Numbered from the stretch's first letter, positions 1-10,188 are shown. The stretch: 43,773 nucleotides of DNA from Leptolyngbyaceae cyanobacterium (GCA_050331235.1 JBHJHA010000081.1:1-43773); one strand, 5' to 3'. Numbers and translations: made by a program. Notes: a model not told the origin generated them from the sequence alone.

Positions 1-74
1 ACTCGATGGTGAAACAGGCCTGCGGCGAAGATACTCTGGGGGTCGCCCCACGGGAAATTAGCTCGGTGCCAGGT
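1..74 (+). rRNA. rrf: 5S rRNA, 3' portion (5' end lies outside the window)
   Basis: ACTCGATGGTGAAAC...TGCGGCGAAGATACT-CTGGGGGTCGCCCCACGG-GAAATTAGCTCGGTGCCAGG matches the 3' two-thirds of cyanobacterial 5S rRNA, including the terminal GCCAGG. Confidence 0.95.
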
Positions 75-76
75 CC

Positions 77-134
77 CTCTTAACTTCAAACCCCCAGCAC
101 TTTCTAGAAAGTGCTGGGGGTTTGAAGTTAAGAG
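77..134. terminator. Perfect 58-bp palindrome, probable bidirectional terminator between rrf and the convergent asparaginase gene
   Basis: 77-105 CTCTTAACTTCAAACCCCCAGCACTTTCT is the exact reverse complement of 106-134; GC-rich core is followed by TTT on both strands. Confidence 0.75.
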
Positions 135-164
135 CCTCTAAGCATAATGAGCAAGTAGGGTAAA

Positions 165-1118
165 TTACATCAAAGACAAATCACCCTGTACATCAATCCG
201 CTTGTAGTCGCTGGGTATCATGTAGATGTCAGCAAGATGTTCTGAGACATCAGGGGAGATCCAGCCTAATTGTTTCAACAAGTGAACTGCAGCAGCATAT
301 TTGGCGCGTCTGGCGCCGTCACGAATCTTAATAGACAACCCTAAGCCTTGGCCCACTAAGCCAATGCATTGGACGCCCTCAGCTCCGGATTTACTGACGA
401 GCGTACCTTCAGTTAGTTCCATCAGTTTGGTGTCAAACGCCTCTGGCCCAGCAACTAATTCTGGGTGCTGAGTCATAGCACGTACGATTCTTTCCATTTC
501 TAAGCTTTCTCCAGAGGCCAGTTTGGCAAATAGAGAAGCCATTTGGCTAAGAGTGACCAAAAAAGTGGGAGCACCACAATCATCGTGAGCGCTGATAAAT
601 TCGTCAGCTGGCATGTTTAAAAGTTCTGAAACTGTGTTGATGATGCAAAATTGCAGCGGATGATTGCGGTGAAGATAACTTTCGAGAGGCCAGTTACGTT
701 GTTGGCATAGGGCCAGCATTCCAGCGTGCTTACCGGAGCAGTTGTGCTCAAGAGGACTTTTGCCATTTGTGGGGGTAGGGCACTGAAGCTGGCTTGGCTC
801 AAGTTCGGCTTTCCAAAGAATATGAAAGGCCTGACGCACTTGATCTATATGTCCCTGATGAGAGGCACACATGATAGCTAAATCTTTGTCGTCAAGTTCA
901 TAACGTTCTAGCGTTCCTGCTGTGACTACAGTTAAAGCTTGGAATGGTTTTAGTGATGAACGAATGAATGTCGAAGTCTCTGCATTACCGGCGACTGACA
1001 ACATCCGGCCCCGGCTATCACAAACAACCGCGTGACCTGTGTGAACCGATTCGACAATTCCTTCTCTGAGAAGTTGAATCTCGAGTTCAGCTGATTGATA
1101 ACGTTTAGCCCTAGTCAT
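165..1118 (-). CDS. L-asparaginase II family protein
   Basis: REGIVES.H, RSSLKPFQAL, CASH, HNCSGKHAGML, DDCGAP and SKSGAEG motifs; ATG 1118 (MTRAKR) preferred over the ORF start at 1154. Confidence 0.88.
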   Translation of the reverse strand: MTRAKRYQSAELEIQLLREGIVESVHTGHAVVCDSRGRMLSVAGNAETSTFIRSSLKPFQALTVVTAGTLERYELDDKDLAIMCASHQGHIDQVRQAFHILWKAELEPSQLQCPTPTNGKSPLEHNCSGKHAGMLALCQQRNWPLESYLHRNHPLQFCIINTVSELLNMPADEFISAHDDCGAPTFLVTLSQMASLFAKLASGESLEMERIVRAMTQHPELVAGPEAFDTKLMELTEGTLVSKSGAEGVQCIGLVGQGLGLSIKIRDGARRAKYAAAVHLLKQLGWISPDVSEHLADIYMIPSDYKRIDVQGDLSLM

Positions 1119-1158
1119 GGCTAAGACTTTTACATAGAGCGGCCATAAACGCAATGAG

Positions 1159-1650
1159 TTATAAAACTTTCCAGACGAAAACTAATATGCCACCAGTAAT
1201 TAGCATAATTAGTAGCGTGTTACGAACCCGCTGCAAAACTGGCTTGACCTGGTAGTCCATGATCAACCGATCGCGGTTCAAGATGTCCTCTGGCTTTTGC
1301 CACACTTGACCGTCGTACCAGCCTGATTCTTCGTAAGGAACAGCTGCCTGCTGCAGCCTCTGGCCAATGTGTAACCAGCCTATATAGAGTTGTGCCAAAG
1401 CAAGCATGGGCAAAATGAAGGCGGCAGCCGTGGCTAGAAGCCCAAATGAAACTGGATGACGTGATGGTGTATAGCTGGCTCCGACAATTGGTCCTGTAAC
1501 CACCCAGCTACAACCCCAGAGCATCAAAATTGGTTTGAGGTATCCAACAAAACTACGGTTGCCCCAGGCATAGAACCATGAATCGCGCATGTCTTCATAT
1601 TGATTGATAGGAAGTTGTTCAAAAGGGACTGGACAACGTGATTTGACCAC
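1159..1650 (-). CDS. ycf36: CGLD27/Ycf36 (DUF1230) membrane protein
   Basis: CPVP.EQ.P.N.Y N-terminus, LY.GW, YEESGWYDGQVW.KP motif, 3 TM segments; usual neighbour of cyanobacterial asparaginase. Confidence 0.88.
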   Translation of the reverse strand: MVKSRCPVPFEQLPINQYEDMRDSWFYAWGNRSFVGYLKPILMLWGCSWVVTGPIVGASYTPSRHPVSFGLLATAAAFILPMLALAQLYIGWLHIGQRLQQAAVPYEESGWYDGQVWQKPEDILNRDRLIMDYQVKPVLQRVRNTLLIMLITGGILVFVWKVL

Positions 1651-1844
1651 TGATACGAAGGTACAAAAGATGTTTACACCGTTACCTTAGCGTGGATGTC
1701 AAACTCTGAAAATGTCTCGCTGAGCTGGGGCGAAATTGTTTTGGCTCGATATTCATTGGGTAACGGGAACCCCCTGGCTGTGCTGTATTCGAAGCTTATT
1801 GGGTTAGTCTGGACAGCATGCTATTGATAGACAGAGGCTGGATG

Positions 1845-2420
1845 TTAGCCGGTGCTCAATGGATGTCCAGCTTGACCGAAAATATCTTCTTCAGTAGTTA
1901 TATGGGCCTCAGCTTGATCGACATAGCCAGCTTGGGCTTGAGGGAATGCGTCGCAGTAAGGGATGTAAGGCTTGATATCAATAACTGGAGTACGGTCCAA
2001 AAAGTCGATCCCCTTAACTTGGATGGTATGTTTCTCAATTTTTAAGATACGTGTGGCGCTGAGCCCGATGGGATTTGGGCGATGAGGGGCACGTGTTGCC
2101 AGGGTGCCCCGCCGCACTTTAGGGCCTCTCGGCGGAATCACTGTGGGGTTCCAATGTTGATTGAGATGCAACCAGGCGATGATCCACAGATAATCAAATT
2201 CCGCCAAGTCTTTGAGGGCGATCGCTGGAACAATATCTGGAAATAGCTCAATGGATGCGGTTACAGGCTCATAATCCACAGGTGTTGATGAGAGCTGAGA
2301 CTGACGCGGTGTGCCATGCCGCTCAGTATAGGGAGACCGGACCCAGCCAATAGGTTGCACAGGGATGGTTGAAGACAAACCAACCGCTTCTACATAGTTT
2401 TTAGGAGGAAGTTTTGGCAT
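1845..2420 (-). CDS. trmO: tRNA m6t6A37 methyltransferase TrmO/TsaA (YaeB N-terminal domain only)
   Basis: PIG.V.SPY...GTPRQ, ATRAPHRPNPIGLS and G.DFLD.TPVIDIKPY motifs; start uncertain (2420, 2456 or 2474). Confidence 0.88.
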   Translation of the reverse strand: MPKLPPKNYVEAVGLSSTIPVQPIGWVRSPYTERHGTPRQSQLSSTPVDYEPVTASIELFPDIVPAIALKDLAEFDYLWIIAWLHLNQHWNPTVIPPRGPKVRRGTLATRAPHRPNPIGLSATRILKIEKHTIQVKGIDFLDRTPVIDIKPYIPYCDAFPQAQAGYVDQAEAHITTEEDIFGQAGHPLSTG

Positions 2421-2562
2421 GCTATAGCCCACAGAGTGACATCTGACCTCTAGCATAAGGCTAGCGTCGCTCACTGCTAATAGCTGAGTTCAGGTGTGGG
2501 ATGGAGCATCCGGGCCGTTGTCCGAATTGGCACTGTTTTCTGTTTACCCATTGAGTAACGAT

Positions 2563-3276
2563 ATGGACATTCTGGTTGTTGAAGATGAACAGGAAATTGC
2601 TCATCTGATTCACCTTTATCTCGAAAAGGAAGGTTTTACAGTTCATCTTTGCCACAATGGTGAACAAGCTTTGCAGATGGCTCAAGCTCTACAACCAGAT
2701 GTAGTGGTGCTTGATTTGATGCTGCCAGGTTTGGATGGTCTAGAAGTTTGTGCTCAGATTCGGCAAAAGCCCGGTAATAAGGATCCTTATATCCTTATGG
2801 TTACTGCCAAAGGAGAGGAACTCGATCGCATTATTGGTTTGTCCACAGGGGCCGATGACTATCTGGTTAAGCCGTTCAGTCCACGGGAATTAGTTGCACG
2901 GGTCAGGGCTTTGTTGCGGCGGAGTTTGCGCCAGGGGGGACAAACGCCCCAGCTACAGAGCCCCCACTTTCAAGTTGATCCACAGCAGCGGCAGGCGGTT
3001 CGGCTACAGTCTGGCCACGAATCTGAACCTTTATCTTTGACAACGCTGGAGTTTGACTTATTGGCGACCTTTGTCAGTTACCCGGGGCGGGTGTGGACGC
3101 GTCCACAATTGATTGACAAACTCTGGGGAGATGATTTTTACGGAGATGAGCGAATCGTTGATGCCCATGTTGCTCGGCTCCGTAAAAAAGTTGAGCCAGA
3201 CCCAGCCCAGCCAACTTTTATTAAGACGGTAATTGGTGTGGGCTACAAGTTTGAAGATGAAGCAGAATCACCATGA
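2563..3276 (+). CDS. OmpR-family response regulator
   Basis: ILVVEDE, LDLMLP (phospho-Asp), GADDYLVKPF and winged-helix ERIVDAHVARLRKK...TVIGVGY; ATG 2563. Confidence 0.95.
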   Translation: MDILVVEDEQEIAHLIHLYLEKEGFTVHLCHNGEQALQMAQALQPDVVVLDLMLPGLDGLEVCAQIRQKPGNKDPYILMVTAKGEELDRIIGLSTGADDYLVKPFSPRELVARVRALLRRSLRQGGQTPQLQSPHFQVDPQQRQAVRLQSGHESEPLSLTTLEFDLLATFVSYPGRVWTRPQLIDKLWGDDFYGDERIVDAHVARLRKKVEPDPAQPTFIKTVIGVGYKFEDEAESP

Positions 3277-4430
3277 GTAAGCAGAGCCTGCGTAGTCGAT
3301 TATTTCGGGCCCACTTGACGGTGCTCGCGATCGGTATTCTAACGCTCACAACGGTGGGCTGGTTATATACGCCCCGCTTATTCGTTTTGCGCCTGCGGCG
3401 GATTGAAGGCCAAAACTTTCGCATGGCGCAGATTCAAGGACAGTTAGTAGAAGTTTTTCAGTTTGCTTGGGGACGCGGCATGCTATGGGCCGGTCTGCTG
3501 GGGGGGATTGCGGCGAGCTCCTTAAGTTATTGGTTGTCTCAAAGGATTTTGCAGCCACTGCTAGAAATTGAGGAAATTACCGGTGCTTTTGCGTCGGGCG
3601 ATTTAGAACGTCGGTTACCAGAATATGAAATTTTGGAGCTCAATCAGCTGGCTAACAGCGTTAACCATATGGCCGTCGATATTCAAAGCGTAGAACAGCG
3701 AAGACGTGACTTAGTCAGCGATCTTTCCCATGAGTTGCGTACGCCCTTAACGATTTTGAAGGGATATTTGGAAGGGCTAGCGGACGGTACTGTTGAGGCT
3801 GAGCCTTTGGTGTATGAGCGCTTAGCCCGCGAGACTAAGCGCTTACAGCGTTTGGTCAACGACTTACAAGAGCTGTCGCAATTGGAATCAGGGTACTTAC
3901 CCATCGATCCACGCCCCACTGATATGGGTGAGTTGCTAAGCTACGTGGTAACTCGCTTTGCTGACCAAAGGTTGCCCGATGACCCTGTACAACTGCGATT
4001 TGATTGCCCAGATGCATTGCCGTTGGTGCAGGCGGATGCGGAGCGAATTGAACAAGTTATGGTGAATCTTTTAAGTAATGCTCTACGTCATACGCAACAG
4101 GGGTGTGTAACAGTAGCTACCTGGGTAGAACAGTCGCGAGTCTGGGTAGCAGTGGAGGATACCGGACCAGGGATCTCGGAGGCTGATTTGGCACATGTCT
4201 TTGATCGCTTTTGGCGTGCGGATCGCTCCCGCGATCGCCTGTCTGGCGGGACTGGGATTGGCCTAACTATTTGTCAGCGGTTAATTAAGCTACATGGCGG
4301 GCATATTGAAGTTGAAAGCAGCGTTGGCCAGGGTAGTGTTTTCCGTTTCTGGCTACCGATTGCTACACCAATGACTGCTCCGATGTCGCTATCCGCATCT
4401 ACTCCATCAGGAAAACAAGTAACCTGGTGA
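3273..4430 (+). CDS. Membrane sensor histidine kinase (2 TM, HAMP, HisKA, HATPase), cognate to the upstream regulator
   Basis: H-box DLSHELRTPL, N-box NLLSNALRH, DTGPGI, GGTGIGL; ATGA overlap with the regulator stop codon. Confidence 0.95.
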   Translation: MSKQSLRSRLFRAHLTVLAIGILTLTTVGWLYTPRLFVLRLRRIEGQNFRMAQIQGQLVEVFQFAWGRGMLWAGLLGGIAASSLSYWLSQRILQPLLEIEEITGAFASGDLERRLPEYEILELNQLANSVNHMAVDIQSVEQRRRDLVSDLSHELRTPLTILKGYLEGLADGTVEAEPLVYERLARETKRLQRLVNDLQELSQLESGYLPIDPRPTDMGELLSYVVTRFADQRLPDDPVQLRFDCPDALPLVQADAERIEQVMVNLLSNALRHTQQGCVTVATWVEQSRVWVAVEDTGPGISEADLAHVFDRFWRADRSRDRLSGGTGIGLTICQRLIKLHGGHIEVESSVGQGSVFRFWLPIATPMTAPMSLSASTPSGKQVTW

Positions 4431-4470
4431 AGGTTACCTATCGATAGTCGTTTGTTACCTTATTTCTCTG

Positions 4471-5601
4471 ATGACTATTCAGGACTCTCCTATCAAGCTA
4501 TCGGACTATCGATCCGAGAGTAGTCGGCAATCTCGGCGTCGGCAACTGCACAAACCGGGACACATGTTTCGTGAGCGCTATCGGGTTGTCAAAATTTTGG
4601 CATCGGGCGGATTTGGCGTGACCTATCTAGCCCAAGATGGTGGCATTCCCGGTAGCCCCTTTTGTGTGATCAAGCAGCTTTGCCCCAAAGTGAGCAACCC
4701 GCTAGCTCTGGAGCGAGCAAAACGACGGTTTCGCAAAGAAGCTAAAGTGATGGCAAAAGTCGGCAGCCACTCGCAAATTCCTCGGCTGCTAGATTATTTC
4801 ACTATCAACGATGGTTTTTACCTCGTTCAAGAGTATGTACCTGGCCAGGTTTTGACCCGTGAAGTGCGACGGGATGGTCCCCAAGGGGAGTCTGAAGTAA
4901 AGCAATTTCTGAGAGAAATCTTACCGGTCGTAAAATTTATTCACCGCTGCAAAATTATTCACCGTGATATCAAGCCGCCAAACATCATTCGCTGTGCTGA
5001 TGATGGCCGTTTAGTCTTGATTGATTTTGGTGCGGTACGGGAGTGTCTGGGTGATTTGGGTGAAGGTAGCTATCAGGCGCCAATGACTCAATTTGTTGGA
5101 ACACCGGGTTTCGCACCTCCGGAACAGCAAGCTTTGCGCCCGACCTATGCCAGCGATATTTATGCACTAGGCATGACGTGTTTATTTTTGCTGACGGGCA
5201 AAACCCCAATAGAGTTTGACTCTGATCCCAAGACCGGGGCGATCGTGTGGCAGCATTTGGTCTCGGTTAGTACCCATTTTGGGTCAGTGTTAGACAAAAT
5301 GCTGTGCCCCGATATAGTTGATCGTTACGAGTCGGTTGACCAAGTGATGCGAGCCCTCGTGCTTGAAGATCATTTTGATGAGTTTTCGACGGGGTTAAGC
5401 TATCAGCCTCGTATGCCGATGATGAGTTCTCGCGAAGATCCGGATGTGGCTACGGCAGATGGATATTTGACTCCCATTCAACGGCAGGCGATCTCGATTC
5501 GGCGATGGCGATCTCGTCAGCAAAAAAGCTGCCAACAAAACTTCCCCAATACCGGTTTTTCGATGAATACAAGTTCTGCTTCTCCCCATCGCAACTTTTA
5601 A
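4471..5601 (+). CDS. Hanks-type Ser/Thr protein kinase, soluble
   Basis: ASGGFGVTY, VIKQL, HRDIKPPN, DFG and GTPGFAPPE motifs; no TM segment in the C-terminal tail. Confidence 0.93.
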   Translation: MTIQDSPIKLSDYRSESSRQSRRRQLHKPGHMFRERYRVVKILASGGFGVTYLAQDGGIPGSPFCVIKQLCPKVSNPLALERAKRRFRKEAKVMAKVGSHSQIPRLLDYFTINDGFYLVQEYVPGQVLTREVRRDGPQGESEVKQFLREILPVVKFIHRCKIIHRDIKPPNIIRCADDGRLVLIDFGAVRECLGDLGEGSYQAPMTQFVGTPGFAPPEQQALRPTYASDIYALGMTCLFLLTGKTPIEFDSDPKTGAIVWQHLVSVSTHFGSVLDKMLCPDIVDRYESVDQVMRALVLEDHFDEFSTGLSYQPRMPMMSSREDPDVATADGYLTPIQRQAISIRRWRSRQQKSCQQNFPNTGFSMNTSSASPHRNF

Positions 5602-5672
5602 TAGGCTGCTGTTAGGCGTCAAGGCGTGTTTACCGATGCACCTCTAGATTTTGAAGCCTGGCCAAAGCTGGG

Positions 5673-6572
5673 CTATTCAAAGTGGCCCAACCAGTTCAAA
5701 ATTTGCTGGTTGATGAGCTCGGGGTTATCGTCATAGGCGCAGTGGCCACCGGGAACTAGCTGAAGCGTGATGTGAGAATTGAGCGGTGCGATTTGTTGGC
5801 CCCAAGTTGGCGGAATGACCCGGTCAGCATCGCCCCAAAGCAATAGTGTGGGAACTGTCAGATTTGGCACGAGCTGTCTAGTTTCTGGACTGAATTGCAG
5901 CTCAGTGCGCGATCGCACTAAGTAACATAGCGTACGAGCTGCGCCGCGATCATTCGTTGGGGTGACAAATTGATGGATGAGGCGATCGTCGACCCGCTCT
6001 GGTCTTTGATAAATGCTCCTCAGCGCCTGGCGAATTACACTCGGACGACGGAAAAGTTGAAACAGAGGTCGAATCAGTAGTGGCGTCGAAAATAGTCGTT
6101 CGGCATTTCTCGACAGTGATTCTACCCAGCCTGACAGAAGCTCCTCACGAGCGGCAGGCAGCGTCAGCATAATCAACTGTTTGATGCCCGCGGTGTGGCG
6201 CACCGTCGTGTTGAGGGCGACCAAAGCGCCTAATGAATGTCCGATCAAAACGGTGGGCCGACCAATCAAGCAGCGCCAGAAATCTTCGACTTGGTCACTC
6301 CATAAATCGACATTGAAAATAGTGCTTGCTTTTTGGGAGTCGCCAAACCCGAGCAAATCGAGCGTATAAACGGTACGGTAGCGGGCGAGGTCGGCCAAAT
6401 TATCGCGCCATTGTTCGAGACTAGCCCCAAAGCCATGGAGCAATAGGAGGGGCGGTCGGTCAGCCCTGTCTGAACAACTGGCAACCGTTACCTGATAGCG
6501 GATACGCCAGCCTCGCCAGTACCAATAGCGCTGGATGGCGATCGCCGGGGGAAAGCTAGAAGATAAAGTCAT
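5673..6572 (-). CDS. Alpha/beta fold hydrolase
   Basis: LLHGFGAS, DLLGFG.S, GHSLG nucleophile, WG..D and GGHC motifs. Confidence 0.92.
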   Translation of the reverse strand: MTLSSSFPPAIAIQRYWYWRGWRIRYQVTVASCSDRADRPPLLLLHGFGASLEQWRDNLADLARYRTVYTLDLLGFGDSQKASTIFNVDLWSDQVEDFWRCLIGRPTVLIGHSLGALVALNTTVRHTAGIKQLIMLTLPAAREELLSGWVESLSRNAERLFSTPLLIRPLFQLFRRPSVIRQALRSIYQRPERVDDRLIHQFVTPTNDRGAARTLCYLVRSRTELQFSPETRQLVPNLTVPTLLLWGDADRVIPPTWGQQIAPLNSHITLQLVPGGHCAYDDNPELINQQILNWLGHFE

Positions 6573-6593
6573 GACTGTTGGAGATGGGTGGAC

Positions 6594-8483
6594 CTAGGGT
6601 TCCGATGCCGTAGATGACGGGGCCGCATCAGTTCTTGTCGTTCCGTTGAATGGTGAACCAGCGGTAAGCATGCCCTGATGAGCGGCAGGATCTGAGATTT
6701 GCACGACCTGCTGAGGCACTCCCAGCGGAATCTGGGCCGCCTCGAATGTCAGTTTTAAGCGCCGCCGATATTCTCTTGCGACATCCCACTGCTTGAGGGG
6801 CTGTGTTTTGATCCAAATACGAATGGTCGCCCCCGCATGGCTGAGCTCATCAATGCCCAACAGGAGGGGAGGTTCTAAGATAAGCGGTCCCCAGATATCG
6901 TCTTGGCGCATCCTATCGGCTTCTTGCTCAACTAAGCTCAAGGCTTGATTGATATCGGCTGTGAGACCCACTGGAATCATTAAGTCTACCCGTGACCATT
7001 CCTTCGAGGCATTTTGCACCATGTCAATTTGACCATTGGGAATGGTAATCAGCTGACCGTCGGTGGCACGGAGCTGTGTAATTCTCAAATTCATCGTTTC
7101 TACAAAGCCAGACATTCCCCGCACTGTGATGACGTCGCCAACGCCATATTGATCTTCGAGTAAAACTAAAAAGCCATTGATAATGTCTTTGATTAAACTC
7201 TGGGAAGCGAAGGAAACGGCAAAACCAACTAGGCCGGCACCGGCAATTAATGGACCTACTCGCACGCCTAATAGATTCAGCATGACTGTTACCGCGATTC
7301 CAATGATGAGAAAGGCGATGAGACCTTTAATCACCTGAGAGAATGTAGATAATCTCAGGATCAATCGTTGCGATCGCTCCAAGTGAGCAACCGTACGCCC
7401 TTGAAAAGCGAGAAATAACCGGTCAATCCACAGGCTAGCTAAGCGAATACAACCGTAAGCAATCAGGGCCACGATGCCAAATCGCACAGGCAACCGCAAC
7501 ATTTCTATCATGAAGGGCTGCAGCCACCGCGTGTAGGGAAAGAAACCCAGGACAAAAAATGTACTACCGGACCACAGACAGACCTGCAAGATTTGTAAAG
7601 CTTGTTTTAAGATTCCCAGGCTATTGATCTGCTGCTTCGTTCGCAGCGCAGTACGCATCCGAGAAAGGCTGTCTTGCTGGTTGCCTTGGAGCGGATTTGG
7701 GGTTGCCTCCTGCTGATGTTCGCGGAGCAGATTGCGTCGGCTACTAGCTTTTTGTGCAAAGTGACTCAGCGCAAAGCTAGCTAGTAGCGTAATCAAAAGG
7801 GTGGCAAGAGCCCAGCGGGCTTGCTGCCATAAAAAATCGGGCTGCCGCTCATCGTAATAACGCAGAAGGGCTGCTTCAACGTCATCAACGATTTGGCGAG
7901 CCCGCAAAACTAAGCTGTTGGAGCCGTTGATGCGGGCGTCTAAATAAGTCACCGTCATCAACATTTCATCGTTGACATAGATGACTGGCTGATTGCTCTC
8001 GGCGTCCACTTCATCATAGACCGACAGCGTTTCTGGACTGCCAAACTCAAAGAAATCAGCAGCAATCTGCTTCAGTTCCGTCTCGATCGCAATTGATCGC
8101 TCGAGGGCGTTGTACGTATTTTCATCATTGCTGGGAGCCGCCACTTCAAATAGCTGACGACCATCGAGATGAATACCAGCGATGTCTGCGTCTTGGGTTT
8201 GACTCTCGAAAACCGCATCGATAGTAGGGGATGTCCAGCTTTGCAAAGGATTCCCCACCGTCTCAATGCTAGGAGTAAGGGGGACCGCCGGTACCGTCTC
8301 TGCGGGCTCTGAAGGAACGGCGGGCTCTGACGACGTCTGGGCCAGTGAGTGGGGCATGACCGCCCAACTACCAAGGGCAATCGCCATGCCGATGACAAAC
8401 CCCAAAACATGTCGATTAAAGTGAGTCAGCTGTGGCGTTGAGTTCAATTTGACCAAGATTCTCCAGCCTCCTCGCACACACAT
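6594..8483 (-). CDS. MscS-family mechanosensitive channel with N-terminal periplasmic domain
   Basis: AGAGLVGFAVSFASQSLIKD, EDQYGVGD, G.VE..NLR.T.LR...G.LITIPNG; signal-like N-terminus; true start may be about 8456 (GGAGG upstream). Confidence 0.9.
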   Translation of the reverse strand: MCVRGGWRILVKLNSTPQLTHFNRHVLGFVIGMAIALGSWAVMPHSLAQTSSEPAVPSEPAETVPAVPLTPSIETVGNPLQSWTSPTIDAVFESQTQDADIAGIHLDGRQLFEVAAPSNDENTYNALERSIAIETELKQIAADFFEFGSPETLSVYDEVDAESNQPVIYVNDEMLMTVTYLDARINGSNSLVLRARQIVDDVEAALLRYYDERQPDFLWQQARWALATLLITLLASFALSHFAQKASSRRNLLREHQQEATPNPLQGNQQDSLSRMRTALRTKQQINSLGILKQALQILQVCLWSGSTFFVLGFFPYTRWLQPFMIEMLRLPVRFGIVALIAYGCIRLASLWIDRLFLAFQGRTVAHLERSQRLILRLSTFSQVIKGLIAFLIIGIAVTVMLNLLGVRVGPLIAGAGLVGFAVSFASQSLIKDIINGFLVLLEDQYGVGDVITVRGMSGFVETMNLRITQLRATDGQLITIPNGQIDMVQNASKEWSRVDLMIPVGLTADINQALSLVEQEADRMRQDDIWGPLILEPPLLLGIDELSHAGATIRIWIKTQPLKQWDVAREYRRRLKLTFEAAQIPLGVPQQVVQISDPAAHQGMLTAGSPFNGTTRTDAAPSSTASEP

Positions 8484-8538
8484 CCCTTTACAATAGTGGG
8501 ATAACTATTGAAAAAGTGTTAACCACCTTAGATTCATT

Positions 8539-9141
8539 ATGGAAGCGATGGATTTCTTTCGGTTGAGCGAGGGGCGCTGGATATCGCAGCGAACGACTCA
8601 TCATCTAGCGATGCGCCGCACGGAGCTAGGACAATTAGAAATCACCGCTACCGTGCTCGATATTGATCATCCAAAGGTAATCGAGATTTGTCAGATGCAT
8701 GACATTGAGCCGGCTAAGGCGATGGGGGGCGCTGCCGTCAGTTGGCACGGTTCGATGCAGTGGGATGAAGCCGATCAACAGCAAGAAGGCGCCACTGTAT
8801 TAGTGCTAGTCCCGGATGACGATGATCCTCAGGTCGGGCAGCTATTACGAGAAAAAGGCTATGCCGAAACATCCCCTGTGGTCGGTCGGTATCAAGTCGA
8901 CGAACAGCAAGGGCTGGTGTTAACCACAGACTATTCCACCATGAGCTCCACAGAGCGCTTCTGGTTTCCCAATGAGGCTACACGGATTCGCACGAGCACG
9001 GTCATTGGCCTTTCCAATACCGCTTCTTTTTGTGTCGAGACCCGATTAGAGGAGTCAGCAGCCTCAGGGGCAAAATCGGCTACAGCATCGCCTGCAGTCG
9101 GTTCGATTCCAGCTGCTCAGTTTTCGGTGTTGGGCTGGTAA
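8539..9141 (+). CDS. cpcS: S-type phycobiliprotein lyase (CpcS/CpeS family)
   Basis: FF..S.G.W.SQRTTHHL, W.G.M.WD, LLRE.GYAE, ERFWF, ASFC.E.R and terminal GW. Confidence 0.88.
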   Translation: MEAMDFFRLSEGRWISQRTTHHLAMRRTELGQLEITATVLDIDHPKVIEICQMHDIEPAKAMGGAAVSWHGSMQWDEADQQQEGATVLVLVPDDDDPQVGQLLREKGYAETSPVVGRYQVDEQQGLVLTTDYSTMSSTERFWFPNEATRIRTSTVIGLSNTASFCVETRLEESAASGAKSATASPAVGSIPAAQFSVLGW

Positions 9142-9369
9142 AGAAACGTTTCGCGATCGTTTAGTCAGCGGCCTCCCATCGGGCTGATCTTGACTTTTTG
9201 CTTCAATCTCTGTATATCAATTGCACCTCAAAAACAAGGCCCCGTCTGACTCTGGGTGAATGTTAAGGTCTGTGATGATTTGTTCAGAAACGGCAAGGTC
9301 GTTCTCCGCCATCCCCTATGATTGACATTAACGATTGTGAAAAATTCTCAGATATTCGGAGATTCAGAC

Positions 9370-10134
9370 GTGGCGCTTCCATTGTTGAATTATTCCCCAT
9401 CCAGCCAAAACCAGCGGGTTGAGGGCTACGACGTCGGTGGTGATGAAAAACCGCAGGTTTACAGTACCGACGATTTGCTCGATGCCACTGGTATGGATGC
9501 TTTGATCGATGCGGCCTATCGCCAAATTTTTTTCTATGCGTTTAAGTGGGATCGCGAAGCTTTTTTAGAGTCGCAATTGCGCAACGGACAGATTAATGTG
9601 CGCGACTTTATTCGTGGCCTTTTGTTGTCAAAAACCTTCTACAACAGCTTTTACGAAAAGAACAACAACTATCGCTTTGTTGAGCAATGTGTAGAGCGGG
9701 TATTGGGGCGCCAAGTTTATAACGAACGAGAGAAGATTGCCTGGTCTATTTTGGTGGCTACCAAAGGTATTCAAGGATTCGTTGATGAGCTACTCGATAG
9801 TGAGGAGTACATCAGCAACTTTGGCTTCAATACTGTGCCTTATCAGCGTCGTCGCGTGCTCGCTGGTCGTGAAGAGGGCGTAACCCCGACCAATTTGCGT
9901 CTCCCCCGTTACGACGAGTACTATCGCTCTGTTTTGGGCTTTCCTCAGTCGATTTGGCAGTCCCAGGTGCGCCGGTTTGTTCCCCAGGACAAACGGCCTT
10001 CTGCTGGTAACCCCCAGTTGTTCTTAGACATGGCTCGTAAGATTCAGCCAACTTCTAAGGCTCCAGCGCGAGTGACGACTGCAGATATCAATATCTCGGC
10101 GAAGGTACCTTACCGTAAGGTGGCTACAGATTAA
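9370..10134 (+). CDS. cpcG: Phycobilisome rod-core linker CpcG
   Basis: [46 protein letters not shown]; hydrophilic C-terminus ending VPYR (not the CpcL membrane tail); GTG 9370. Confidence 0.93.
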   Translation: MALPLLNYSPSSQNQRVEGYDVGGDEKPQVYSTDDLLDATGMDALIDAAYRQIFFYAFKWDREAFLESQLRNGQINVRDFIRGLLLSKTFYNSFYEKNNNYRFVEQCVERVLGRQVYNEREKIAWSILVATKGIQGFVDELLDSEEYISNFGFNTVPYQRRRVLAGREEGVTPTNLRLPRYDEYYRSVLGFPQSIWQSQVRRFVPQDKRPSAGNPQLFLDMARKIQPTSKAPARVTTADINISAKVPYRKVATD

Positions 10135-10165
10135 TCAGCGTTCTTGCTTCAAGGGAACTCGTTTT

Positions 10166-10188
10166 GGGGGCAAATGCCCCCTTTTTTT
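10166..10188 (+). terminator. Rho-independent terminator of cpcG
   Basis: GGGGGCA-AA-TGCCCCC stem followed by T7, about 30 bp after the stop codon. Confidence 0.8.
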
